From: an uncultured delta proteobacterium
GTDB lineage: Bacteria > Desulfobacterota > Desulfuromonadia > Desulfuromonadales > BM103
Direction of reading: 5' to 3'
Assembly: GCA_963715335.1 (NCBI GenBank)
Contig: CAVQRZ010000001.1
Coordinates: 288,001 to 352,000, forward strand
Length of the DNA stretch: 64,000 nucleotides
The position numbers were made by a program, and so were the translations under genes. The notes beneath the pieces were generated by a model. That model worked only from the letters and a program-made list of their open reading frames with translations, made no database searches and was not told the DNA's origin. How positions within the stretch are numbered: position 1 is the first letter of the stretch; each line of letters opens with the position of its first letter. This document shows, in pieces, positions 8,620 through 17,647 of this stretch.

Positions 8620-9474
8620 TTACCCCGCCGTTACGACCCCGCCTCGGAGAAACCGGTCTTCCAGAATGATTTCAAATTCCGCCAGGGCAATTTCATCGAT
8701 ACCGAGAAATTGCGCTTCTCTGCTTGTCGGCAGGACCAGGTCCGGAGTCTTCTCGAGGCCCAGGCCAAGTTTGCGGCACCCTTTGTTCGCCAGACAGACC
8801 AGGGCGACGATCGTGTCCTGGGTCTCCCGTTCCTCGGCATGATGCTCCAAAACGACCGTCCTGTAGACCTCCGGCAGGCCCCATTTATCGAACAGACGCA
8901 GGCCCTGCTCGACATGCATCGTGGAGAGAACCTCCAAGACCAATGACTGGGAAAGTTCCATCTCCGGGGCACTGTCGCTGGCGACAGTTTGCATGGCCGC
9001 AAGCAGAACCAGCTTGCCGATATCGTGCAGCAGTCCGGCGCAATAGGCGTGACCGGCAATCGCCAGATAGCCGCAACGACTCGCCAGCCATCGGGCCCCG
9101 AGAGCACACCCCTGGGCATGTTGCCAGAGGCCGGGCATGTAGCGCAAAATCAACTCCTCCTTGATGGGGCCGGCGCTACTTTGACAGGCCTCTTCAACAA
9201 TCCGGACAGCCTTGTCGCAGCCCAGGCGGGTGACCGCTTCCTCAATCGACAAGGTTTTCGGCAACCCTGCATAAAAGGAAGAGTTGGCGGCACGAAACAA
9301 CCCGCAGAACAATGACGGATCGTCACCGACCAACGCCCAAAGCTGGCCAGGCTTGACATCCCCGGCTGCGAGACATTCCTTGACCTGCCCGGACAATCCT
9401 GGATGCACCGGCAGACGCACCCGGTCGGCATCGATCATTTCAGTGAGTATCTCTGCCAGCGGTCTATTGGCCAA
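8620..9474 (-). CDS. HDOD domain-containing protein
   Basis: LPVHP, DPSL...ANSSFY, AGLLHDIGK and WGLPE motifs. Confidence 0.88.
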   Translation of the reverse strand: MANRPLAEILTEMIDADRVRLPVHPGLSGQVKECLAAGDVKPGQLWALVGDDPSLFCGLFRAANSSFYAGLPKTLSIEEAVTRLGCDKAVRIVEEACQSSAGPIKEELILRYMPGLWQHAQGCALGARWLASRCGYLAIAGHAYCAGLLHDIGKLVLLAAMQTVASDSAPEMELSQSLVLEVLSTMHVEQGLRLFDKWGLPEVYRTVVLEHHAEERETQDTIVALVCLANKGCRKLGLGLEKTPDLVLPTSREAQFLGIDEIALAEFEIILEDRFLRGGVVTAG

Positions 9475-9476
9475 AA

Positions 9477-11408
9477 CTATTCTCCAAGTAAACGCCGCAA
9501 CTCATGCAACGGGCGCGGCTTGACCGAGCGGGGCAGCCGGCGCAGAACCTCCGGCAGGGAAACCTTACCGAGAGCAGCCTTGGCAATCCCATCTTCAAGC
9601 AGGGTCACCAGACCCGAGGTTTCAATGCTGGTCCGGCGGATTTCCTGTACGGTCTTGCGCGCAAGGACCGCCTCCTTGACATCGTCATTCAGAATCAGAA
9701 GCTCAAAGATCCCGACCCGCCCGATGTAGCCGGTGAAACGGCAGGCTGAACAGCCATGGCCGATCTGCAGGTTGGCCCCTGCCAGATCCCCGTGGGTGTA
9801 ACCGAGGCGGCGGTATTCGTCGGGGGTCGGCGTATAGGGTGCGGCGCAACCCTGACAAAGCCTGCGCAGCAGACGTTGGGCAAGCATACAGGTCACCGTC
9901 GAAGCGATCAGGAAGGCCTCGATTCCCATGTTCAGCAGGCGCAACAGGCCACCGACGGTATCCTCGGTGTGAAAGGTCGTCAGCACCAGGTGTCCGGTCA
10001 AAGCCGCCTGAATAGCCGTCTCGGCGGAAAAATTATCCCGCACTTCGCCCATGACGATAATGTCAGGGTCCTGGCGAACGATATGACGCAACGTTTCGGT
10101 AAAGGTCAGGCCGATTTTTGGATTGATCGAGCACTGGGAAATGCCGTCGATCACATATTCGACGGGCTCCTCGGCCGTGATGATACTTGCCTCCAGGTCG
10201 TTGAGATGATTGACACAGCTGTACAGTGTGGTGGTTTTGCCTGCCCCGGTCGGACCGGTGACCACCATGATGCCGCTCGGCGAAGTGAGGCAGTCATCGC
10301 GAAACTTCTGCAGCATGCGCGGCGCCATGCCGATATCTTCGATGCCGAGCAGTTCACCCTTTTTGTTCACCAGCCGCAGCACAACCTTTTCGCCGTGGAC
10401 GGTGACATAAAAAGAGACCCGCAAGTCGAGAGACATCCCGGTGACTGCACTCTCGTAAAAGATGCGGCCATCCTGGTGACGGCGCCGCTCGGCGATATCG
10501 GCTTCCGCCATGACTTTCAGGCGGGTCGCGATCGGCGCTGCCAGCTCCAGGCCGATCTCCTTGTGAACACCGAGCACACCATCACGCCGAAAACGGATGC
10601 GCAGGCGGTCTTTCATCGGCTCGACGTGGATGTCGCTGACATTCTGTTGCATGGCCTCATCAAAAAGACTGTTGACGATACCGATGATCGTCGAATCGTC
10701 AGCCACTTCAGTCGCGCTGCGCCGGGCTCCACGGCGATGCAGCTCGATGACTTCACGGATGACCTGACGAGTCCCGATTGCCGGTATAATCTTGCGGCCG
10801 AAGATCCGGTCCGCTGCTTCATGGTCTTCCAGATCGAGAGGGTCGGCAAAGGCAATTACGATGTGATCGTTTTCCCTTGCCACCGGGATAAAAGAATGCC
10901 GGGAAAAAACCTTGGCCGGAACCCGGGCCAGCAGGTCGCGATCAATATCAGGGAAAGCCGGTTCAACAAAAGGATAACCGAGCTTCGTCGCCAGGATTTT
11001 CATCAGCCGGTGCTCGTCGATAAAACCGTATTCAACCAGCACACCACCGAGCTTTTGTGATTTGCTCTCCTGCTGTATGGACAAAGCGGCATTGAGTTCG
11101 TTCTGGCGGATATAGCCCAGTTCGACCAGCAAGTCGCCAAGCCGAATGCTCAGGCGCTGTTCTTTAAGGACCTGGTTGAGCTGACGGTTCGTCAGCAGAC
11201 GTAATTCCTGGAAGACTTCGATCAGGGACCGGTCGGAAACCAGCTTGGCTTTAACCCGTTTGGCGTAGCTCAGTTGGGTTTCGGTGATCAGGCCCCGCTC
11301 AACCAGCAGGCGGGCGACAGCATCACCGCCCGCGGAATGCGTGGACGGCTTGACTACCGGCAGCTGTTGCTGCGGGCCCCGTGCGACAAGGGGTATCGGT
11401 TCTGGCAT
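9477..11408 (-). CDS. GspE/PilB/MshE-family secretion ATPase with N-terminal MshEN region
   Basis: SDIHVEP, Walker A GPTGAGKTTT, RQDPDIIMGEVRD, GHLVLTTFH, CxxC pairs; RLGDLLVELG...LSIQ MshEN motif. Confidence 0.92.
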   Translation of the reverse strand: MPEPIPLVARGPQQQLPVVKPSTHSAGGDAVARLLVERGLITETQLSYAKRVKAKLVSDRSLIEVFQELRLLTNRQLNQVLKEQRLSIRLGDLLVELGYIRQNELNAALSIQQESKSQKLGGVLVEYGFIDEHRLMKILATKLGYPFVEPAFPDIDRDLLARVPAKVFSRHSFIPVARENDHIVIAFADPLDLEDHEAADRIFGRKIIPAIGTRQVIREVIELHRRGARRSATEVADDSTIIGIVNSLFDEAMQQNVSDIHVEPMKDRLRIRFRRDGVLGVHKEIGLELAAPIATRLKVMAEADIAERRRHQDGRIFYESAVTGMSLDLRVSFYVTVHGEKVVLRLVNKKGELLGIEDIGMAPRMLQKFRDDCLTSPSGIMVVTGPTGAGKTTTLYSCVNHLNDLEASIITAEEPVEYVIDGISQCSINPKIGLTFTETLRHIVRQDPDIIVMGEVRDNFSAETAIQAALTGHLVLTTFHTEDTVGGLLRLLNMGIEAFLIASTVTCMLAQRLLRRLCQGCAAPYTPTPDEYRRLGYTHGDLAGANLQIGHGCSACRFTGYIGRVGIFELLILNDDVKEAVLARKTVQEIRRTSIETSGLVTLLEDGIAKAALGKVSLPEVLRRLPRSVKPRPLHELRRLLGE

Positions 11409-11489
11409 GACATCAATCCATTACATAACATAATATTACAGGCTCAATCAGGATAACATATCTCTCCCCCGGCGCAACTCTTGGACAGG

Positions 11490-12245
11490 CTACGGCAGCA
11501 GAAGCCGCAAGGCAAACACCAGCACGGTGATGATCACAAAGCGCTTGATCCAGTCGTGACCTTTCTTCACCGCGTAATGCGTCGCGATCCAGCCCCCCAG
11601 GGAATTTCCGACCGCCAGGGACAGACCGAGGACATAATCGACCTGGCCGTGCGAAATGAACACGCCAAGAGCAACCGCGGTAAAAGCGAAAATCACCAGG
11701 ACTTTTACAGCGTTGATCCGTACCAGGTCGAGACCATGGACAAGCAGGGCGGTAATGATCAGGAAACCGACCCCGGCCTGAACGAATCCACCGTAGATAC
11801 CCACACCGAAAAAACTGACCATGAGGACGGCCGTACGCATCGGCGTCATCGGCTTTTCCTGGCTGTGGAAGCGCTTCATCGGATCGAAGACCATAAACAG
11901 CAGGACTCCGACCATGATCAGGGCGAGCAACCGGCGAAACAGCATCTCATCAACGCTAATGGCCAGGTTGGCGCCGAGGTAGCTGCCGAGCAGCGCCGGC
12001 GGCATGCAGAGCAGGGCCAGGCGGATCGGGAAGACCCCCTGACGTTTGAACCCGGTGATGGCAAAGATGTTCTGACAGAAAATTGCAATGCGATTGGTGC
12101 CGTTGGCCGTTGCAGCAGGCAGGCCGAAGAAGATCAGCAACGGCAGGGTCAGTAGCGATCCGCCACCGGCCAGGACATTGAGGAAACCCGCGACCACACC
12201 GACCAGCATCAACGCCGGGATTTGCCAGAAGTAAGGATCGATCAT
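11490..12245 (-). CDS. Sulfite exporter TauE/SafE family permease
   Basis: AGGGSLLTLP, ANGTNR and YGGFVQAGVG motifs; hydrophobic throughout. Confidence 0.88.
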   Translation of the reverse strand: MIDPYFWQIPALMLVGVVAGFLNVLAGGGSLLTLPLLIFFGLPAATANGTNRIAIFCQNIFAITGFKRQGVFPIRLALLCMPPALLGSYLGANLAISVDEMLFRRLLALIMVGVLLFMVFDPMKRFHSQEKPMTPMRTAVLMVSFFGVGIYGGFVQAGVGFLIITALLVHGLDLVRINAVKVLVIFAFTAVALGVFISHGQVDYVLGLSLAVGNSLGGWIATHYAVKKGHDWIKRFVIITVLVFALRLLLP

Positions 12246-12994
12246 GCTGATTTCGACTCCAGGAGGTCACGGAGGACCTCGCCGGCCATGGTCAGGCCGA
12301 ACAGCGGCGGGACGACTGAAGAGCTGCCAAGCGGTGCACGCTGAGTTTGGTAGTGGTCCGCAGCTTCTGCGACAGATCCCCGGCGACCATCCGTCAGGGG
12401 CCGGAATTCCTCTGTCGAGTAAACCGTCTTGACGCCGGCGCTGATGCCGCGTCGCCTCAGCTCCCGGCGAATGATCCTGGCCAGTCGGCAACTCTTGGTT
12501 TTCGCCAGGTCCGCAACGAGGACCCGCGTCGGGTCGAGCTTGTTGGCAGCGCCCATCGAGGAGATAATCGGTAACTTACCGACAACACAGGTTTCAATCA
12601 GGTGGAGCTTGGCCGTGATATGGTCGATGCAATCGAGGACGTAATCGTAGCCGCGCTGCAATAATTCTTCGGAATTGTCCTGGCTGTAGAACGCCTGCAG
12701 CGGCTCGACCTGAACCTCGGGATTGATCGCGCGACAGCGCTCGGCCATGACCAGGGCTTTCGGCTGACCGATCGTGCCGTTACAGGCATGCAGCTGCCGA
12801 TTGCAATTGGTGATGTCAACCCGGTCGAAATCGACCAGGGTCAGACGGCCGATGCCGCCCCGAACCAGCGCCTCAACGGCATAGCTGCCGACACCGCCCA
12901 GACCGAAGACGGCCACGGATTTGCCGGTCAGGCAGGCCAGACCGCCCTCGCCGTACAGCAGCTCCAGGCGGGCAAAGCGATGGGGTTGTGCCAT
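12242..12994 (-). CDS. tcdA: tRNA threonylcarbamoyladenosine dehydratase (ThiF family)
   Basis: GLGGVGS, DFDRVDITNCNRQ, SMGAANKLDP and VYSTE motifs; AAGGAG RBS before ATG 12994. Confidence 0.85.
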   Translation of the reverse strand: MAQPHRFARLELLYGEGGLACLTGKSVAVFGLGGVGSYAVEALVRGGIGRLTLVDFDRVDITNCNRQLHACNGTIGQPKALVMAERCRAINPEVQVEPLQAFYSQDNSEELLQRGYDYVLDCIDHITAKLHLIETCVVGKLPIISSMGAANKLDPTRVLVADLAKTKSCRLARIIRRELRRRGISAGVKTVYSTEEFRPLTDGRRGSVAEAADHYQTQRAPLGSSSVVPPLFGLTMAGEVLRDLLESKSA

Positions 12995-13108
12995 GCGTTT
13001 CTCCTTGAAATCAGGTTGCAGCAAATCTAGCATGAAGCACACCGCGGAGGGAAGCGCGGGACGTGATGGGCAAAAGCTATCTGAAGCTTCAATTAAACGA
13101 CTTCACCC

Positions 13109-13870
13109 TCAGGCAAGCTTCAACACTCGCCTGGCATTTTCCGTCGTCACGCGGACTGTCTCCTCAACACTCCAGTTGCGCAGTTCCGCGACCTTCTCTA
13201 CAACCAGAACCAGGTATGCCGGCCGGTTCGATTCGGCACGGTGCGGTTCGGGCGTCATGTAGGGTGCGTCAGTCTCGAGCACCAGGGCTGCTGCGGGCAG
13301 CGCCCGGACGACCTCCGGCAGTCGTCGGGCCCCCGGCCAGGTCACCACGCCGCCGATCCCGAGCACAAATCCGGCATCGATGATTCTGTGAGCCGTCTCA
13401 ACACTGCCAGAGAAAGCGTGAAAAACGCCGCCGACTTGCGCAGCATCTTCACGCCGCAGTAGTTCCAGGATCCGGCCAATACTTTTGCGGGCATGGATCA
13501 GGAGAGGCTTGTCCGTCTCCCTGGCCAGACGGATCATTTCGACAAACACTTCCTCCTGCACCAGCCACGGCACGCCAGCTTGTCGGTCAAGCCCGACCTC
13601 GCCAACAGCAACCGCCCGAGGATGGGCCAGCAGGTGCCGCAGTTCCACGGTGCTTTCCGGTCGATACCGGTCCGCTGACATCGGGTGGATTCCCGGTGCA
13701 GCATAAACGCCGGGATGGCCCTCGGCGAGGGCCATTATTTTCGCCCAGCCATCCGGTGAGACTCCCGGCACGACCCAGCCGTCAATGCCGGCGGTCCGGG
13801 CGTCAGCCAGGGCCCGGTTCAAGTCGTCGAAAGCATCAAGGTGAAGGTGAGTATCAAAGGCCTTGATCAT
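13109..13870 (-). CDS. TatD family deoxyribonuclease/hydrolase
   Basis: DTHLH, GIHP, GEVGLD, HAFSG and LETDAP motifs. Confidence 0.9.
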   Translation of the reverse strand: MIKAFDTHLHLDAFDDLNRALADARTAGIDGWVVPGVSPDGWAKIMALAEGHPGVYAAPGIHPMSADRYRPESTVELRHLLAHPRAVAVGEVGLDRQAGVPWLVQEEVFVEMIRLARETDKPLLIHARKSIGRILELLRREDAAQVGGVFHAFSGSVETAHRIIDAGFVLGIGGVVTWPGARRLPEVVRALPAAALVLETDAPYMTPEPHRAESNRPAYLVLVVEKVAELRNWSVEETVRVTTENARRVLKLA

Positions 13871-13986
13871 GATCTGCGGATCGTATCACAAGCTTCAGCA
13901 GGCGGACAATCTCAGTAATTTGCTTGTCGGTTCCGATTCGCATATGATAATCGTGATTGGCATTGACTCCCTTTAACGAGGTCTGT

Positions 13987-15819
13987 ATGCAGACGCCTGC
14001 ACCAGGCAGCACCACATATCTCCGCAAACTCTTTGTCTTCAACCACGGAGCAGGCCTGCTTGTCGGCGGTGGCTTTCCCTTTGTCACCTACATGATGCTG
14101 GGCGACGCCGCGCTCACCCCCAGATTTTTCCTGGTCTGCCTGTTTTCCGGATTCTGCCTCGGCGCCGCATCCTACTGGTTTGTCAGGCAGACCTTGAAAA
14201 ACCAGCTGCAACAGCAGCTCCAGGCGCTGCATGGATTGATCGGAGAAACAACCACCGTCGGGTCCGGCCAGACCGTTGAAGGACTGTTCGTCGCCGTCGG
14301 CAGTACCGTGCGCAAGGTCAGCGAGCTCATCAGCCGCCTCCAGGAAACCGTCGATGAATTCGTTCCGCATTACCAGACCCTTGCCGACGCCAGCCGTTAC
14401 CTTTCGGCCCGCGCCGAGGACGGTTTGCAGGCGGGGAAAAGTGCCAGGGCCGACGTTGAAGGCATGTACCAGAAACAACAGACGGTGATCAGCCAGATTG
14501 AAACGCTGAACAGCCGTTCTCAAGACGAAGCGGCCCTGTCCCGGGAGCTCTCCGCGTCCCTGGAAGAGATGGCCGGCGCACTGGAACATTCCTCGCAGAA
14601 GTTCCTCGAAACAACCCGCGATGTCGATGAGATGGTCAGCTCCATTCAGAACGCCACCAGCCAGGCGGAACAGGTGGCCGATATCACGGAGAGCACGGCC
14701 CGCGATATAGACCAGATCGGTGAAGCCCTCGATCGCCTGAGGTCTGGCGTCGCCAACAATGCCGATAATTCTGCGGCCGTCAAACTGGATGCCGAGCAGG
14801 GCGTCAAGGTGGTCCAAACCTTCACTTCTGAAATGGACCGCATCGACCAGGAGAGCCAGAAGGCGATCGCCGCCATGCAGCGCCTGACCCGCCAGACCGC
14901 AGAAGTGACCAAGATCATCGAAGTGATCAAGGACCTGGTCTCCGACACCGAGCTGCTTGCCTTCAATGCGGCGATTATTGCCGCCAAGGCCGGAGAGGAA
15001 GGCCGCGGCTTTTCCGTGGTTGCCGAAGAGATTCGTGACCTGGCCGATCGCACGACCACCAGTGCCGATGAAATCGAAAGCATCATCAAATCGATCCGCA
15101 AAGATACCGAGCAGGTGAATACCACGGTCGAATCGACCGCCCACTTCATCGGCCGCGGCAAGGAGTTGTCGCAATCGACGGCAGATGCGCTGGGTAAAAT
15201 CGTTGACAGTTCCAGCCAGGCAGCCGCGGATTCCCATGCGCTTTCAAAACAGACCGCCGAGCAGGGCCTGCGCGCCCGCAGCGTGATTGATCAGGCTGGC
15301 AACAGCCTGCGTTCAGTCAAGGCGATTGTGAATACTCTCGAAAAGCAGAATGCCGCGATCAGCCGCATTGATCACGGGGTTGATGAAATGAAGTCGGCCG
15401 CCGACCAGATCGCCCGGAGCTTTGATGAACAAGTCAAGGCAAACCGGGAGTTCGACCGCAGCCTGACTGCCCGCGAGGAACAGGTCGAGGCGATCTTCGA
15501 GGCGACCCGTTACCAGATGGAGGCCGTAGAAAAAATCTTCAACCATTTCGGCCGTTCGGCAGAACGCCTGATCGCCAATGCCGGCAAGGCGCGCGTCATC
15601 ATTGATGAAATCAATGCCCTCGAGTCCCTCGCCGAACAGCTGCGCGAGCTCGCATCACGTTTTCAGGGCGACCCTGTGACAGTCGGGAACGCCGCAAAAA
15701 CGACCATTGTTGGGGGAAAACCGGAGGCCGTGGCTCGGGTAGAAGGTGCAGCGATTAATGATTTTGAGGTTGGTCAACCAACAAAGAAACAAAAGACAGA
15801 AAGTCCCACGACGTTCTGA
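13987..15819 (+). CDS. Methyl-accepting chemotaxis protein
   Basis: Two closely spaced N-terminal TM segments; hairpin tip TELLAFNAAIIAAKAGEEGRGFSVVAEEIRDLA. Confidence 0.9.
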   Translation: MQTPAPGSTTYLRKLFVFNHGAGLLVGGGFPFVTYMMLGDAALTPRFFLVCLFSGFCLGAASYWFVRQTLKNQLQQQLQALHGLIGETTTVGSGQTVEGLFVAVGSTVRKVSELISRLQETVDEFVPHYQTLADASRYLSARAEDGLQAGKSARADVEGMYQKQQTVISQIETLNSRSQDEAALSRELSASLEEMAGALEHSSQKFLETTRDVDEMVSSIQNATSQAEQVADITESTARDIDQIGEALDRLRSGVANNADNSAAVKLDAEQGVKVVQTFTSEMDRIDQESQKAIAAMQRLTRQTAEVTKIIEVIKDLVSDTELLAFNAAIIAAKAGEEGRGFSVVAEEIRDLADRTTTSADEIESIIKSIRKDTEQVNTTVESTAHFIGRGKELSQSTADALGKIVDSSSQAAADSHALSKQTAEQGLRARSVIDQAGNSLRSVKAIVNTLEKQNAAISRIDHGVDEMKSAADQIARSFDEQVKANREFDRSLTAREEQVEAIFEATRYQMEAVEKIFNHFGRSAERLIANAGKARVIIDEINALESLAEQLRELASRFQGDPVTVGNAAKTTIVGGKPEAVARVEGAAINDFEVGQPTKKQKTESPTTF

Positions 15820-15910
15820 TCTTCAACAAACGTAAGGTGGCGCCATAACGTTGTGTCACCTTCATTCAGCAACCCGTAAAATTATTTCTTGGACCTCTAA
15901 CTGAGCTTGA

Positions 15911-16473
15911 GTAGCAAGCTCAGGAGGACACTTTATTGCGCATATTAATGATGACAGTCTCTGGATGCCTGACCACCTAGATATTATTTGGCGATGTGCA
16001 AAGGATATTGATTTTGGTCATACTTTGCTTTTGGAAGTCAGGAAAGACGAGAGTATTCATTCGAGCCGACATTATCTCTCAGATCATTTGTTTAGGCAGA
16101 AAATGTTAAACAAAATGCGTAATAACATAACTTATGTAACAGTTTTTATACTCGGGAGGCCTACGAGGCACTACCAGAAAAATGGTCTCCAGCGCCTGAG
16201 GACATACCAACGGACCTTTACATGTGGAGAAAGTTTTTAAGAGAAAATCTACGCTTTGGAACCATCTACACCAGTTCGACAGTTTTTTTCAACTATCCGA
16301 AAAATTTTTCCGATAACGAATCCGTCAAGCGCATAGAGCAATCGTTACAACGAATACAGAACCCCCTGGAATACACATTACTTAGAGAACAAATCTTGCA
16401 TTATCATTCTGATGCTAACATAAAAAAGAAAGTGAGAATCCAACGTTTTAAAAGTTGGTTAAGGCTGACATGA
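15911..16473 (+). pseudogene. Degraded family-2 glycosyltransferase (5'-truncated, frameshifted)
   Basis: Extending the 15965 frame upstream gives GHFIAHINDDSLWMPDHL, resembling the GT2 DxD region; the 16222 frame extends upstream as REAYEALPEKWSPAPEDIPTDLYMWRKFL after a TAA at 16123. Confidence 0.55.
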
Positions 16474-16662
16474 AGGTCTCTGCCACTAATTCGATTTCAC
16501 CAGTGGACTCAAACAATAACTAAAAATCTCCCCTTTGCAGGGGGTGCTTTTTTATAAGTCACGCCCCAGGAACACGAAAACAGGTGTGTCAGGACCGAGC
16601 TCTTGACACATTTACCAACCAGCCCACTTTCATTCTTTTCTTCTTGAATAAACACCTCACCA

Positions 16663-16682
16663 TGTCATACAATGTATTACAA
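16663..16682 (+). promoter_or_regulatory. Candidate TA autorepression operator (TGTCATACAA TGTATTACAA)
   Basis: Two tandem near-palindromic 10-mers overlapping a TACAAT -10-like hexamer, with TTGAAT upstream at 16644. Confidence 0.55.
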
Positions 16683-16699
16683 TATTAATGGAGGCCCTT

Positions 16700-16912
16700 A
16701 TGCTCGCTATTCGTTTGGAAAAAGACCTAGAGAAAGAAATTGATTTGCTCGCAAAAACCAAAGGCAGCAATCGAAGTGCTGTGGTGCGTGAAGCGATTGT
16801 ACGTTACCTAGAAGACAATGAAGATCTTGAACTAGCAAAGCAGGCTCTCGCAGAAACTATTAGCAGTAAATCTCTCAAAGATTTGAGGAAAGACCTTGGC
16901 CTGGACAGTTGA
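16700..16912 (+). CDS. Type II TA antitoxin, ribbon-helix-helix (CopG/RelB-like)
   Basis: MLAIRL...LAKTKGSNRSAVVREAI...YLEDNEDL; GGAGG RBS; overlaps the toxin start. Confidence 0.85.
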   Translation: MLAIRLEKDLEKEIDLLAKTKGSNRSAVVREAIVRYLEDNEDLELAKQALAETISSKSLKDLRKDLGLDS

Positions 16913-17171
16913 GGTCAGTAATTATGCTGAGAAGCAACTCCGCAAGCTAGACAAGCCTATACAACAAAGGCTTCTCGATTGGCTTGATGATCGTATCGAG
17001 GGTTGCAAGAACCCCAGGCATTTTGGAGAACCTCTGCGAGGAGAAATGGCTGGGCTTTGGCGTTACCGCATTGGAGACTACAGATTTATTTGTGAAATTC
17101 AGGATCAGCAGCTTGTTGTTTTGGCACTAGCAGTGGGGCATCGTAGAGAGATTTATCTTAGGCGCAGTTAA
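16896..17171 (+). CDS. relE: Type II TA toxin, RelE/StbE family
   Basis: AEKQLRKLDK, NPRHFGEPL, LWRYRIGDYR and VGHRREIY motifs. Confidence 0.9.
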   Translation: MAWTVEVSNYAEKQLRKLDKPIQQRLLDWLDDRIEGCKNPRHFGEPLRGEMAGLWRYRIGDYRFICEIQDQQLVVLALAVGHRREIYLRRS

Positions 17172-17455
17172 ATGACCACTGTGTCAGTCGCAGGGGTTCT
17201 AGGATTCATGCAGATTTGAGAAATTAAGCTCATCCTATATTACCTTAGGTAATGCGAGACATTCTTTTCTCCTTAAAAGTCACGATTAACAGTACCCATT
17301 GGAAGCACACCAGAACATATTCTTAATATATGTTATCGCAACACTTTCTTTATAAGACCTGGAGGACTTATACATTTCCAGAGACTCTTCGCGTTGACCT
17401 GATTGCACCTCTAACGGGGACGGAACCCTTTTGCTGTCCACAAATATCCGGTTTA

Positions 17456-17647
17456 TCAGCCTTCTTTGACACCAAGCTTGCGCAGAAGAGTAATCATCGG
17501 GCACCAGTTGGAAAAGGCACTCTGGAAGAGGTTCAGCCCGACAAAGGCGGTGAAGAAAAGCCAGTAGGCAGAATGCAGTTGCGACAGGATAACGCTGAAC
17601 ACGATGAAGAAGCCGGCGATCAGGCGCAGGTAACGATTGACGGTCAT
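17456..17647 (-). CDS. DUF2892 (YgaP-like) membrane protein
   Basis: RLIAG...FVGLNLFQSAFSNWCP; coupled to the RND gene. Confidence 0.85.
   Translation of the reverse strand: MTVNRYLRLIAGFFIVFSVILSQLHSAYWLFFTAFVGLNLFQSAFSNWCPMITLLRKLGVKEG

Noticed and set aside
15840..17450. Integron cassette array
   Set aside because: No integrase and no convincing paired RYYYAAC/GTTRRRY attC structures.
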